From NCBI GenBank assembly GCA_965227295.1, contig OZ245742.1:1472001-1536000 (forward strand): a stretch of 64,000 nucleotides of DNA. Direction: 5' to 3'. Of the stretch, positions 19,134 to 32,101 are shown piece after piece (the first letter of the stretch is position 1; every line of letters starts with the position of its first letter). Source of the DNA: Leptonemataceae bacterium (GTDB lineage Bacteria; Spirochaetota; Leptospiria; Leptospirales; Leptonemataceae). A model generated the notes under the pieces. It saw nothing but the letters and a program-made list of their open reading frames with translations, was not told where the DNA came from and searched no databases. Position numbers and translations under genes: made by a program.

Positions 19134-20193
19134 CTCGCAAACTTCAAATAATCAAAAGCTAAGAACAGGCATTGCGGGATTCGGCGTGGTCGGGTCCCGA
19201 CGCAAAACCTTTCTGGATCGAAACGCGGACTTCGAAGTCGTCGCGGTGTGCGATCAGAACTACCGGGAACGCACCGCGCTTCCGGAGCACGGCGGTATTC
19301 CGGCCTATCCGAACTACGAACAACTGCTTGAGAATCACGACCTGGACGTGCTCTTTGTTTGCCTTCCTAACAATATCGCGGCAGAAGTTACGATTGCAGG
19401 TCTGGAACGGCGCATGCACGTCTTCTGCGAGAAACCGCCGGGGCGCACCGTCGAAGATATTCGGGGCGTTATTGCTGCCGAACAAAGTCAAAGCGGCGTG
19501 AAGTTGAAGTACGGCTTCAATCACCGCTATCACGATTCGGTGCGAGAAGCGTATCGCATCATTCGCAGCGGGGAACTGGGCCGCATCATCAACCTGCGCG
19601 GGGTCTATGGGAAGTCGCGCATCGTTCCCTTTCACGGTAACTGGCGATCGGAGCGCAAGTTCGCCGGCGGCGGCATTCTGCTGGACCAGGGCATTCACAT
19701 GGTGGATCTCATGCGGCTCTTCTGCGGGGAGTTTGTCGAGGTGAAGAGCTTTGTCAGCAACGACTACTGGAACGAGGACGTCGAGGACAACGCCTACGCC
19801 CTCATGCGCGACGATCAGGGCCGTTTCGCGATTCTGCACAGCACGGCAACCGAGTGGGAGCATCATTTTTCGCTGCACATTTCTCTAACGGAAGGTTATT
19901 TAAAGTTACACGGCCTGCTTACCGGCTCGAAGAGTTACGGCGAGGAGGAACTGACCATCGGCCGCCGCGACGAGGAGACGGCCACCGGCAGTTCGCGCAA
20001 AGAAACGGTGAAGTACCTCGAGGACAACTCGTGGCGCGACGAGATCGCCGAGTTCGGTGACGCGATTCGCGGCCGCGGTGAGATCCAGAGCGGTAGCAGC
20101 GCCGACGCCCTGGCCACGATGCAACTGGTGTATCGCATCTACTGCGCGGACCCGGCCTGGAAACAGCGCTATGATATTGCGGAGCCGGGCTGA
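19126..20193 (+). CDS. Gfo/Idh/MocA oxidoreductase
   Basis: GIAGFGVVG, HVFCEKP, YGFNHRY, GGGILLDQGIH. Confidence 0.88.
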   Translation: MTDSQTSNNQKLRTGIAGFGVVGSRRKTFLDRNADFEVVAVCDQNYRERTALPEHGGIPAYPNYEQLLENHDLDVLFVCLPNNIAAEVTIAGLERRMHVFCEKPPGRTVEDIRGVIAAEQSQSGVKLKYGFNHRYHDSVREAYRIIRSGELGRIINLRGVYGKSRIVPFHGNWRSERKFAGGGILLDQGIHMVDLMRLFCGEFVEVKSFVSNDYWNEDVEDNAYALMRDDQGRFAILHSTATEWEHHFSLHISLTEGYLKLHGLLTGSKSYGEEELTIGRRDEETATGSSRKETVKYLEDNSWRDEIAEFGDAIRGRGEIQSGSSADALATMQLVYRIYCADPAWKQRYDIAEPG

Positions 20194-20205
20194 CTTCCTC
20201 TATAT

Positions 20206-20300
20206 CTTCGCGCCAGGGATTGGGATTCAAGAAGATAACTTTTATCCAGGAAAGATTTACAAGGGCGTTCCCCTCGCTGCGCTACGGTCCTCCGGGCTGC
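20206..20300. repeat. Two degenerate fragments of the intergenic hairpin repeat family
   Basis: cttcgcgccagggattg (20206-20222) is identical to 56406-56422; gggcgttcccctcgctgcgc...ccgggct (20263-20298) resembles the reverse complement of 56494-56526. Confidence 0.7.
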
Positions 20301-20330
20301 GCCCTCGGGACGCGCGCCTAATGCAAGAAA

Positions 20331-21074
20331 ATGCAGCTAAGATTCGAAAACAGAACCGCGCTCGTGACCGGCGGCAGTCGCGGCATCGGTGAAGCCGCGG
20401 TAGAGGCTTTGCACGCGGCCGGGGCGAACGTCATTGCCACGGCCACCGGCGCGGACGCCGTCGCGAAACTCAACGAAGAACGCGGCGGGGAGCGCTTAAC
20501 ATACGTTGCACTGGACTTCAGGGACGAGGCGTCCGTCACGAAGGCGTTCGGAGAGTTCAAGGAGCTGCGGCGCATCGACGTTCTCGTAAACAATGCGGGC
20601 ATTAATAAGATTAATCCGATCACCGAGATGGACGACGACGACTGGGATCGCATCTACACCGTGAATCTGGAAGGAGTCTACCGGCTTACGAAGCTAGCGG
20701 CAAAAAAGATGAGTGCGCAGAAGTACGGTCGCATCGTGAACATCTCTTCGATCTTCGGCGTGGTGAGCAAGGAACAGCGCTCCGCGTACTCGGCGACAAA
20801 GTTCGGTCTGCTCGGATTTACGAAAGGAATCGCCCTCGATCTGGCGCCGGCCGGTGTGCTGGTGAACTGCCTTGCCCCCGGCTTCGTGGACACCGAGTTG
20901 ACGCGCAGCGTCCTGGGTGATGAAGGCATGGCGCAGATGGCCGCCCAGGTTCCCCTGGGACGATTGGCGCAACCGACGGAGATTGCCGACGCGATTTTGT
21001 TTCTCGCTCACGAGAAAAACAGCTTTATTACGGGGCAGAACATCGTTATCGACGGAGGTTTCGTCAGTGCCTGA
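20331..21074 (+). CDS. Short-chain dehydrogenase/reductase (FabG-like)
   Basis: TGGSRGIG, VNNAGI, NISS, YSATK, PGFVDT, TGQ.I.IDGG. Confidence 0.88.
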   Translation: MQLRFENRTALVTGGSRGIGEAAVEALHAAGANVIATATGADAVAKLNEERGGERLTYVALDFRDEASVTKAFGEFKELRRIDVLVNNAGINKINPITEMDDDDWDRIYTVNLEGVYRLTKLAAKKMSAQKYGRIVNISSIFGVVSKEQRSAYSATKFGLLGFTKGIALDLAPAGVLVNCLAPGFVDTELTRSVLGDEGMAQMAAQVPLGRLAQPTEIADAILFLAHEKNSFITGQNIVIDGGFVSA

Positions 21075-22149
21075 GAGCATTCAGATCAAATCGAACATCC
21101 AGGATTACGGCGTCTCGTTTTCGCCGGACTTCACGCAAGAACTCGCGCGGGACATCGCCGGAGACGCCGGGGCCGTGCTCATCGACGCGAAGGTTTACGA
21201 TCTTTACAAAGATCGCCTGGAAGCGGTACTCGGGGATTTCCCGACGCTGCGCATCGAGGCGACGGAACGCAACAAAGGTCTGGCTTACGTCGAGAACGTC
21301 GTGGACTTTCTCATGCGGTCCGGCTTCAAAAAAAGCAAGGCCCTCATTGCGATCGGCGGCGGCATCATCCAGGACCTTACGTGTTTTACGGCGTCGACAT
21401 TGTTTCGCGGCATCGACTGGATCTTTTATCCGACGACTCTGCTGGCTCAGTGCGACAGTTGCATCGGCAGCAAGAGTTCCATCAACGTCGGTCCGTACAA
21501 GAATCAACTCGGCACGTTTTATCCGCCGCGCCACATCGTCATCGATGTCGGGTTCACGCGCACCCTGGATCCGCGAGACGTCGTCTCCGGCCTCGGAGAA
21601 GCCATCAAGGTTCATTATCTCGACGATCAACTGCGCAACGAAGCGATCTTTCAAAAATACGACGGCTACGCGGACCCGGCGGTGCTCGAAGAAATCATCT
21701 ACGACAGCCTTCTGATTAAGAAAGACGTGATTGAGAAAGACGAGTACGACCGCGACTATCGCAACATCATGAATTACGGGCACACCTTCGGCCATGCCAT
21801 CGAGAGCGCGTCGAACTACGGACTGCCCCACGGCGTGGCGGTCAGCGTCGGCATGGGCCTCGCGAACAGTCTGTCCCGGGAGCTGGATTTGCTCTCGCAG
21901 GGCGACTACGAAAAGATGGACGGTCTCATCCGCAAGAACGTCGGCGATACGAAGATCGCGAGCTTCGATTACCAGGCCTTCTGGTCTGCCATGGCGCGGG
22001 ACAAAAAGAACGTGGACTCCCGGGTTACGTTCATTCTCACGCGCGGTTTCGGTCAAATGTTCAAGAACCGCCTGGAGCTGGACGATCCGCTCAAGGGTTC
22101 TATTCGTAACTATCTGGAATCGTACGTTAGCCTGGTCGAAACGAAATGA
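21067..22149 (+). CDS. AroB-like sugar-phosphate cyclase (3-dehydroquinate synthase superfamily)
   Basis: GGGIIQD, PTTLLAQCDSCIGSK..IN, KNQLGTFYPP, E.IK, NYGHTFGHAIE, HG.AV; GTG start inferred at 21067. Confidence 0.82.
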   Translation: MPESIQIKSNIQDYGVSFSPDFTQELARDIAGDAGAVLIDAKVYDLYKDRLEAVLGDFPTLRIEATERNKGLAYVENVVDFLMRSGFKKSKALIAIGGGIIQDLTCFTASTLFRGIDWIFYPTTLLAQCDSCIGSKSSINVGPYKNQLGTFYPPRHIVIDVGFTRTLDPRDVVSGLGEAIKVHYLDDQLRNEAIFQKYDGYADPAVLEEIIYDSLLIKKDVIEKDEYDRDYRNIMNYGHTFGHAIESASNYGLPHGVAVSVGMGLANSLSRELDLLSQGDYEKMDGLIRKNVGDTKIASFDYQAFWSAMARDKKNVDSRVTFILTRGFGQMFKNRLELDDPLKGSIRNYLESYVSLVETK

Positions 22150-23444
22150 TTGTATTCGTACTGCGTCGCTACAACGACGTCGACCACGTCGTGCCGGTGA
22201 TCGATCGCCTGGTGCGCGACGAGGGTCCCGACGCCGTGCGCGTTTTTTCCGCGAATCCGCTGATGGATGTGGACGCAGACTTTCGGCTGGCGCATCTTAA
22301 GAAACTCGGTGTAAACGTTGGCTACCTGTACGCGGTCGGTCGGCGCGGGTTGATGCATCGTTTTTCGGCATGGTGGGGCCGCCGCCTGTTGATCGGACAC
22401 ACGGAGAAACGCGGCCGTTTGCGAGAAGCATTGTTGCAGATGCTCATGAATCGCAGCAAATGGTTCAGCATACGCTGGGCCGAGTCGGTGCTGGAAGAGT
22501 GCAATGCTGCGACCCTGGTCTACGACTGGCACCGTCCGCGCACCCGGGCGACGATGCAACTTTTGCGTGCGGCGCGGCGCAAAGGTGTGCGCAGTTGCAG
22601 TTTGCCCCACGGCATCACACTATTCTCGAATGAACTGGTAAACGTAAAGGCCGTGCGTCGCGGCAGCGATCAGGACTACGCCCGGGACTGGAAATATTAC
22701 GATACCAGCGTTGTGAACTCGAAGGCCATGTTCGATCGTGTTACCGGTGCGGGACTGTCCGCCGGGCGTGTGCGCGTGATCGGCAGCGCGCGTTACTGTA
22801 GCGAATGGCGGCGGAAGTACGAAAGTCTTTGTCCGCCGGAACATGTGGAGTCCGATCCGACCAGGAAGCTTCGGCTGGTGTTCATGGATCATGCGGCGGC
22901 CTATCGCCACGACGTCGAGCGCACCCTGGAAAGCATCCGGCGCATTCAGACCCTGGGTTTCGTGGACTTAATCGTAAAACCCAGCACCGCCGGCCTGCTG
23001 AGCCCGAAAATCGGCCGCAAATCAATGACGTCGCACGAGATCTATCATCTGGCCCGGGTCGAAGAACAACTTTCCTCGTACCGGCTCATTGAATGGGCCG
23101 ATGCAATCCTATGCGCCACGTCGAGCATTTGCGTGGAAGCGTTGCAGCAAAACAAGGTCTTTCTGTATCCCTCTTACTTCGTCGAGAATACGATGATCTT
23201 CGACGAACTGAATGCTTGCTGGCGTTTGAACGACGAGGACGAACTCTTAGAAGCCCTTCGGCGTTTGAGCGAAGATCCCGGTTATCGCCCGTACCGGGAT
23301 GCGGACGTGGAACGATTCATCGTCGAAACGATCTACGGCGGGCGCGCCGACCGGGACGTCCTCGGTGAGTTTCTCGACGTCATTCGCGGAGAAGAGCAAA
23401 CCACTGCGGGCTCTAATGTACGCTATACAGAGATTAGTGAATGA
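22146..23444 (+). CDS. Hypothetical protein, possibly GT-B fold transferase
   Basis: Long ORF coupled by ATGA overlap; LPHG, GSARY, IVKP, SS..VEAL motifs; sits next to a KdsB-like gene. Confidence 0.5.
   Translation: MIVFVLRRYNDVDHVVPVIDRLVRDEGPDAVRVFSANPLMDVDADFRLAHLKKLGVNVGYLYAVGRRGLMHRFSAWWGRRLLIGHTEKRGRLREALLQMLMNRSKWFSIRWAESVLEECNAATLVYDWHRPRTRATMQLLRAARRKGVRSCSLPHGITLFSNELVNVKAVRRGSDQDYARDWKYYDTSVVNSKAMFDRVTGAGLSAGRVRVIGSARYCSEWRRKYESLCPPEHVESDPTRKLRLVFMDHAAAYRHDVERTLESIRRIQTLGFVDLIVKPSTAGLLSPKIGRKSMTSHEIYHLARVEEQLSSYRLIEWADAILCATSSICVEALQQNKVFLYPSYFVENTMIFDELNACWRLNDEDELLEALRRLSEDPGYRPYRDADVERFIVETIYGGRADRDVLGEFLDVIRGEEQTTAGSNVRYTEISE
23413..23437. promoter_or_regulatory. Perfect CTAA-N17-TTAG copy of the dispersed motif at a gene junction
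   Basis: ctaa tgtacgctatacagaga ttag, ending 3 nt before the kdsB-like start. Confidence 0.6.
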
Positions 23445-24196
23445 AAACCGTTGCCATGATCCCCGCCCGGATGGCGGCCACTCGCTTCCCGAACAAACCG
23501 CTCGCGCCGATTTTGGGCCTGCCCATGATCGAACACGTCCGCCGGCGCGTGGCCTTGTGCGAGGATCTCGACGAGGTCATCGTGGCCACCTGCGACGACG
23601 AGATTCGCGCGGCTGTCGAGCAATACGGCGGGCGGGTTGTGATGACCGGCGATCACCACGAGCGCTGCACGGATCGTATCGCCGAGGGCGCGGAACATCT
23701 GAAGGGCTTCGACATCGTCGTCAACGTACAGGGGGATGAACCTCTGGTCATTCCCGAGGCGATCAGCAGCGTTGTGCGTCCCCTGCTGGAAGATCCGGGC
23801 CTGGTTTCCGCGAACCTCGCGGCGCCCATCCTGAGCGACGAAGAGTTTCAGGATCCGAACGCGCCGAAACTGGTGCAGAACCTGGCCGGTGATTTGCTCT
23901 ACATCTCCCGTGAGCCCATTCCGTCGCGCAAGAAGTATCACAGCGACGATTACAAAAAGCTCAAACAACTCGGCATCATTTCGTTTCGCGCGGACTTTCT
24001 GCAAACGTTCAGCAAGCTGGAGCCCACTCCCCTGGAACAGATCGAGTCGTGTGACATGATGCGTGCCGTGGAGCACGGCTATCGAGTGCGTGTGGTGGAG
24101 TTTGTCGGTGAGTTTATCGGCGTCGATCTGCCGCGGGACATCGATCGCGTGGAAGCGAAACTGCGCAACGATCCGCTCCTCCCGCGGTACGCCTGA
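23441..24196 (+). CDS. kdsB: KdsB-like 3-deoxy-ulosonate cytidylyltransferase
   Basis: IPAR.AATRFPNKPL, VATCD, TDRIAE, VNVQGDEP, Y.SR.PIP, LE.IE, GVD...D. Confidence 0.82.
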   Translation: MKTVAMIPARMAATRFPNKPLAPILGLPMIEHVRRRVALCEDLDEVIVATCDDEIRAAVEQYGGRVVMTGDHHERCTDRIAEGAEHLKGFDIVVNVQGDEPLVIPEAISSVVRPLLEDPGLVSANLAAPILSDEEFQDPNAPKLVQNLAGDLLYISREPIPSRKKYHSDDYKKLKQLGIISFRADFLQTFSKLEPTPLEQIESCDMMRAVEHGYRVRVVEFVGEFIGVDLPRDIDRVEAKLRNDPLLPRYA

Positions 24197-24209
24197 ACCA
24201 GTGTTCTCC

Positions 24210-24237
24210 TTGACAGGGCGTCGGCGGGGAAAACCTT
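24210..24237 (+). promoter_or_regulatory. Possible internal sigma70-type promoter upstream of wzm
   Basis: Perfect TTGACA at 24210-24215 in a 73-bp gap; the -10 match (AACCTT at 24232, 16-nt spacer) is weak. Confidence 0.3.
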
Positions 24238-24269
24238 ACCAGATCTCCGGACACCTCGACTTTGTATTC

Positions 24270-25133
24270 ATGCACGTACCCGACACAAACACGGTCGAAG
24301 GCCTGAACGAAAAGGACTTCGAACATGTCCTGCGCCCGGCCAAACGCGTCAGTGCGCCGAACCTTGCGGACCTCTGGAGATACCGCAGCCTCGTGTACAT
24401 GCTCGTCATTCGAGAGGTGCAGGGCAAGTACCGGCAATCGGTCTTAGGATTTGCCTGGGCGTTCATGCCTGCCTTAACGCAAATGCTCATCTTCACCGTA
24501 TTGTTCGGTGAAGTGGCCCAACTCGGGCCGGACAACATTCCGTATCCCATCTTCTCCTATGCCGCGCTGTTGCCCTGGACGTTCTTCGCGACGGCGCTCA
24601 CTTCCGCCGGGGGGAGCGTTGTTTCCGGTCGCGGCCTGTTTACGAAAGTATACTTTCCGAGGCTGGTCCTTCCCCTCGCGGGAGTCTGCGCCGCCCTGGT
24701 CGATCTCGCCATCTCGTCGGTGATCATGGGACTGCTGATGCTCTACTTCGGAGTCGTTCCGGGGATTGAGATTCTGCTGCTGCCTGTGTTTATTCTAATT
24801 GCGATTGGAACTGCGCTGGGTGTCGGGCTGTGGCTAACCGCGGCCAGCGTAAAGTACCGTGATGTGAAGTTTGCAACTCCGTTCATGGTGCAGATCTGGA
24901 TGTACATAACACCGGTCATCTTTTCCCTGGATAAAATTCCCGAGGAATATCGTTACCTGCTCTGGTTGAATCCCATGACCGGCGTCATCGAAGGCTTTCG
25001 CTGGGCCCTGGTCGGTCAGGCGCCGCCGGAGTGGTCGCTCATGGGCCTGAGCCTCGGCGTGATCGCGGTGATCTTAATCGGCGGCGTCATTTACTTCACG
25101 TCCTTCGAACGCAAGTTCGCCGACATCGTATAA
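24270..25133 (+). CDS. wzm: Polysaccharide ABC transporter permease
   Basis: LWRYR.L, KYRQSVLG.AW, KVYFPR, KYRD, YITPVIF, NPMTG.IEGFR, ERKFAD. Confidence 0.9.
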   Translation: MHVPDTNTVEGLNEKDFEHVLRPAKRVSAPNLADLWRYRSLVYMLVIREVQGKYRQSVLGFAWAFMPALTQMLIFTVLFGEVAQLGPDNIPYPIFSYAALLPWTFFATALTSAGGSVVSGRGLFTKVYFPRLVLPLAGVCAALVDLAISSVIMGLLMLYFGVVPGIEILLLPVFILIAIGTALGVGLWLTAASVKYRDVKFATPFMVQIWMYITPVIFSLDKIPEEYRYLLWLNPMTGVIEGFRWALVGQAPPEWSLMGLSLGVIAVILIGGVIYFTSFERKFADIV

Positions 25134-25134
25134 C

Positions 25135-28279
<3,145 letters not shown>

Positions 28280-28306
28280 ATCATTAGCTTTGGTTTACAT
28301 AAACTT

Positions 28307-29497
28307 ATGAAACGATTCACCGATCTTGAAAAAAAATACGTCCTCGAAGCCCTGGAGAACGAGTTTCAGACTTCGAAAAACGGCATCTACAATCGTCGCC
28401 TGGAAGACGCCTTCGCCGCGAAGTTCGGTGTCGGTTACGCCCTGGGCCACGTCAACGGAACGGCCACCATGCATACGGCGTTGGCCGCCCTGGGCGTGAA
28501 GCCCGGCGACGAAGTCATCGTGCCGCCGCTGACCATGTCGGCCACTTCCCTCGCGGTCTTGCAAAACGGATCGATCCCGGTCTACGCTGACGTGGACCCG
28601 GACACGTGCAACATCGACGCGGCTTCCATCGAAAAATGCGTCACCGATAAAACTCGCGCGATCATTAGCGTCGCCCTGTTCGGCCTCGCCCCGGATTACG
28701 ACGCGATCCTGGCAGTGTGCCGCAAACATGATCTCTTCTTAATTGAAGACAACGCCGAGTGTTTTCTGGGGATGTACAAAGGTAAACCCGCCGGATGTTT
28801 CGGCGACTTCGCGAGCTACTCGTTCCAGGCGAGCAAACACATGACCTGCGGCGAGGGCGGCATGTTGATTACGGACAGCGAGGAGCTTGCGGATCGCGGG
28901 CGGCGCTTCAGTACCCTGGGCTACGCCAACGTCAGTTCGAAGGTGAACAAGATTTCCAAAGAGGACATTCAGTCGCCGGACTTCGATCGTCACGTGGCGC
29001 TGGGATTCAATTATCGTATGTCCGAGCTACAGGCGGCCGTGGCCCTGGGCCAGTTGGAACGACTGGACGACCTCGTGGCCGCGCGCGTACATGCTGCGAA
29101 GCTCTTTGATCAGGTCCTCGCCGAAGAGAAGGTCTCGTACCTGCGCCGTCAGGCCGAACCCGAGGGGTACGTAAACTCCTACTGGGCCTGGGCGGTGGTG
29201 CTCGAAACCACGAAACCGGAAACCGATTGGTTTACGTTTCGTAAGATTTTTCGCGGCCACGGCGGCGACGGTTACTACGCTGCCTGGAAGCTTTCGTACA
29301 TGGAGCCGTACTTCAAGAACGACGTGCAGAAACTTCCCGGCGTTACGCAACAGTACGCGCCGGGTCTCTGTCCGAACGCAGAACATCTACAGTCTCGACT
29401 CAAGCTGTTCAAAACGAATTACTGGGACCCGGCCGAGGCCGAGGCCCAGGCGGAAATTTTACGCAAGACCGTGCGGGAGTTCGCTCCCGAGGATTGA
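28307..29497 (+). CDS. DegT/DnrJ/EryC1/StrS PLP aminotransferase
   Basis: NGTATMH.AL, PGDEVIVP, IEDNA, SFQASKHMTCGEGG (catalytic Lys), GFNYRMSE.QAA. Confidence 0.88.
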   Translation: MKRFTDLEKKYVLEALENEFQTSKNGIYNRRLEDAFAAKFGVGYALGHVNGTATMHTALAALGVKPGDEVIVPPLTMSATSLAVLQNGSIPVYADVDPDTCNIDAASIEKCVTDKTRAIISVALFGLAPDYDAILAVCRKHDLFLIEDNAECFLGMYKGKPAGCFGDFASYSFQASKHMTCGEGGMLITDSEELADRGRRFSTLGYANVSSKVNKISKEDIQSPDFDRHVALGFNYRMSELQAAVALGQLERLDDLVAARVHAAKLFDQVLAEEKVSYLRRQAEPEGYVNSYWAWAVVLETTKPETDWFTFRKIFRGHGGDGYYAAWKLSYMEPYFKNDVQKLPGVTQQYAPGLCPNAEHLQSRLKLFKTNYWDPAEAEAQAEILRKTVREFAPED

Positions 29498-29503
29498 ACG
29501 CGC

Positions 29504-30409
29504 ATGCGAATCCTCGTCACAGGATACACCGGGATGCTCGGCCGGCGCGTGCGCGAAAGCCTCGGCCGTGCCGGAGGCGGTGTCGAGGTCTTCGGCGCGT
29601 CTCGTTCGCCTTCGGAGGATCTGCCGAAAAATCGCAGCTTTCAGGGAGACGTCTCCGATCCGTCCTTTATGCGTCGGATCATGATTGATCTGCGCCCGGC
29701 GGCGGTGGTGCACTGTGCGGCACTCACGGACGTGAACGCCTGCGAGAGCCGGCGCGACGAAGCCTGGCAACTGCACGTGGACAGTACGCAAATCTTAGCC
29801 GAGTATAACTTAAAGTTAGTCTACATTTCCACGGACTCCGTTTTTGACGGTCGCCGGGGCAACTACCTCGAAGGCGATGAAACGAATCCGTTGAACCACT
29901 ACGCGGCCACGAAGCTGGCCGGCGAAAAAGCGGCCGCGGGAGACCAGGCCGAGGCCGTCATCTTGCGTACGAACATTTACGGTTCGCATTCGGCGCGGCA
30001 TCCAGGCAAGTCCCTGGCCGAGTGGGCCCTGGGCGCGCTGGAGAAACAAGAAGAGATTCGCGGCTTTCACGACGTTTACTTTAACCCCCTCTACACCGGC
30101 CAGGTGGCCGAACTGGTGCACGAGGCGGTCATCGGCAAACGTTTCCCGGCGGGTACGTACCACGCCGGGAGCACGCAAAGCATCAGCAAGTACGAGTTCC
30201 TTTGCGTCCTCGCCCGTTGCTTCGGCTACGACGACACATTGATTCAGAGCGTTTCCATCGACGAGATGGGCTTCGATGCCGAACGGCCGAAAAACACCGT
30301 GCTGAACATCGAGCGTATGTGCGCGCATCTTTCCGGTTCGGAGGCCCTGGATCTACGCAGCGGCCTGGATCGCTTTCGTGCGGACTATCAGCAAGAACGC
30401 GGCGAGTAA
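29504..30409 (+). CDS. RmlD-like (dTDP-4-dehydrorhamnose reductase family) oxidoreductase
   Basis: TGYTGMLG, HCAA.T.V, YISTD.VFDG, P.N.Y..TK. Confidence 0.82.
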   Translation: MRILVTGYTGMLGRRVRESLGRAGGGVEVFGASRSPSEDLPKNRSFQGDVSDPSFMRRIMIDLRPAAVVHCAALTDVNACESRRDEAWQLHVDSTQILAEYNLKLVYISTDSVFDGRRGNYLEGDETNPLNHYAATKLAGEKAAAGDQAEAVILRTNIYGSHSARHPGKSLAEWALGALEKQEEIRGFHDVYFNPLYTGQVAELVHEAVIGKRFPAGTYHAGSTQSISKYEFLCVLARCFGYDDTLIQSVSIDEMGFDAERPKNTVLNIERMCAHLSGSEALDLRSGLDRFRADYQQERGE

Positions 30410-30442
30410 CTTGTAAGAAGCGCCGGCTACAGGAGAAAATCC

Positions 30443-31513
30443 ATGACGAACACCATAAACATCGGTAAACGCAAGTTAGGCCCCGGGCATCCGTTGTACT
30501 TTATTGCGGATGTCGCCGCGAATCACGACGGCGATCTGGACCGCGCGTTTCGATTGATTGAACTCGCGAAAGAAGCGGGGGCGGACGCGGCGAAGTTCCA
30601 GAACTTCAAGGCGCCGAAGATCGTATCGCGCAAGGGCTTCGACAGCCTGGGCGGGCAACTGTCGCACCAGGCATCCTGGAAAAAGTCCGTCTTCGAAGTG
30701 TACGAGGACGCCAGCGTCGCCGACGAGTGGACGACGAAACTCAAGGCGAAGTGCGACGAGGTGGGCATCGACTACTTCACGTCGCCGTACGACTTCGAGT
30801 CGGTGGATCATGCCGACCCGTACGTGGATGTTTATAAGATCGGCTCAGGCGATGTTACGTGGTTGGAGATCATCGAGTACATCGCGCAAAAGGGCAAGCC
30901 GGTGATCATTGCCACCGGAGCTTCGACCATGGACGACGTGGATCGGGCCATGGCATCTTTGCAAAAGCATACGAACGACATTGTGCTCATGCAGTGCAAC
31001 ACGAACTACACGGCGAGCCCGGAGAACTTCAAGCACATCAATCTGAACGTGTTGCGTTCGTTCAAAGAAAAATATCCGGACGTGATCCTGGGGTTGTCGG
31101 ATCACACCCACGGTCACGCCACGATCCTGGGCGCCGTGGCTCTCGGCGCGCTGGCTTTTGAGAAACACTTCACGGACGACAACAATCGCGAGGGCCCGGA
31201 TCACAAGTTCGCCATGAATCCGAAAACCTGGCGGGAGATGGTGGATCGTTCCAACGAACTGTACGCGGCCCTGGGCGACGGCGTGAAGCGCATTGAGGAC
31301 AACGAGAAAGATACGGCGAGCATTCAACGCCGCGGCCTGCGTTTCGCGAAGGATCTGCCGGCCGGCCACGTTCTTCAGGAAGGCGATCTGTTCCCGCTGC
31401 GCCCCATTCACGACGACGGCGTGCCGCCGTACGAGGTCGTTAAGTTCATTGGAAAGAAACTTAAAGTGGCCCGCAATGCCGACGACCACCTGGTCGCCGC
31501 CGATGTGGAATAG
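30443..31513 (+). CDS. Nonulosonic acid synthase (NeuB/PseI family) #3
   Basis: FIADVAANHDG, AKFQ, KIGSGD, QCNTNYT, GLSDHT, FEKHFTD, DHKF. Confidence 0.87.
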   Translation: MTNTINIGKRKLGPGHPLYFIADVAANHDGDLDRAFRLIELAKEAGADAAKFQNFKAPKIVSRKGFDSLGGQLSHQASWKKSVFEVYEDASVADEWTTKLKAKCDEVGIDYFTSPYDFESVDHADPYVDVYKIGSGDVTWLEIIEYIAQKGKPVIIATGASTMDDVDRAMASLQKHTNDIVLMQCNTNYTASPENFKHINLNVLRSFKEKYPDVILGLSDHTHGHATILGAVALGALAFEKHFTDDNNREGPDHKFAMNPKTWREMVDRSNELYAALGDGVKRIEDNEKDTASIQRRGLRFAKDLPAGHVLQEGDLFPLRPIHDDGVPPYEVVKFIGKKLKVARNADDHLVAADVE

Positions 31514-31564
31514 GCGGCGCCGGGCGGCCGCGAATCCCTGCCCGGAATAGACAGGCATAACAAA

Positions 31565-32101
31565 ATGTTAAAAGGAAAGTTAGTAGGCATCACCGCCGTG
31601 GAGCGCGAGGATCTGCCGGACCTCATGCGCTGGCGGAACAATCCTGATTTGCGCAAGCACTTCCGGGAGTTTCGTGAGTTGAACAGTGACATGCAGGAGT
31701 CGTGGTTTACCGAGAAGGTCATCAAGGACCCGACGACGATCATGTTTTCGATCCGCCGGCTTTCGGACAACGAGCTGCTCGGTTGCTGCGGCCTGGTGTA
31801 CATCAACTGGGTGCATCGCAACGCCGACCTGTCGCTGTACATCGGCTGGAACGACGCCTACATCGACGACGAGGGCTACGCCGAGGAAGCCTGCCGCCTC
31901 ACGCTGCGCTACGGATTCAACGAGCTGTGCCTGCACCGAATCTGGACGGAGATCTACGTCTTCGATGAACCGAAGAAGAAGCTCTACGACAAGTTCGGCT
32001 TTCATCAGGACGGCCTGTTCCGGGAGACCTACTGGTACGATGGAAAGTGGTGGGACTCGCGCATCATTTCGCTGCTCGCCTCCGAATTCAAAGACGTATG
32101 A
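31565..32101 (+). CDS. GNAT N-acetyltransferase (RimL/PseH-like)
   Basis: WRN.P, YGFNEL.LHRI..E, LY.KFGF..DG. Confidence 0.8.
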   Translation: MLKGKLVGITAVEREDLPDLMRWRNNPDLRKHFREFRELNSDMQESWFTEKVIKDPTTIMFSIRRLSDNELLGCCGLVYINWVHRNADLSLYIGWNDAYIDDEGYAEEACRLTLRYGFNELCLHRIWTEIYVFDEPKKKLYDKFGFHQDGLFRETYWYDGKWWDSRIISLLASEFKDV

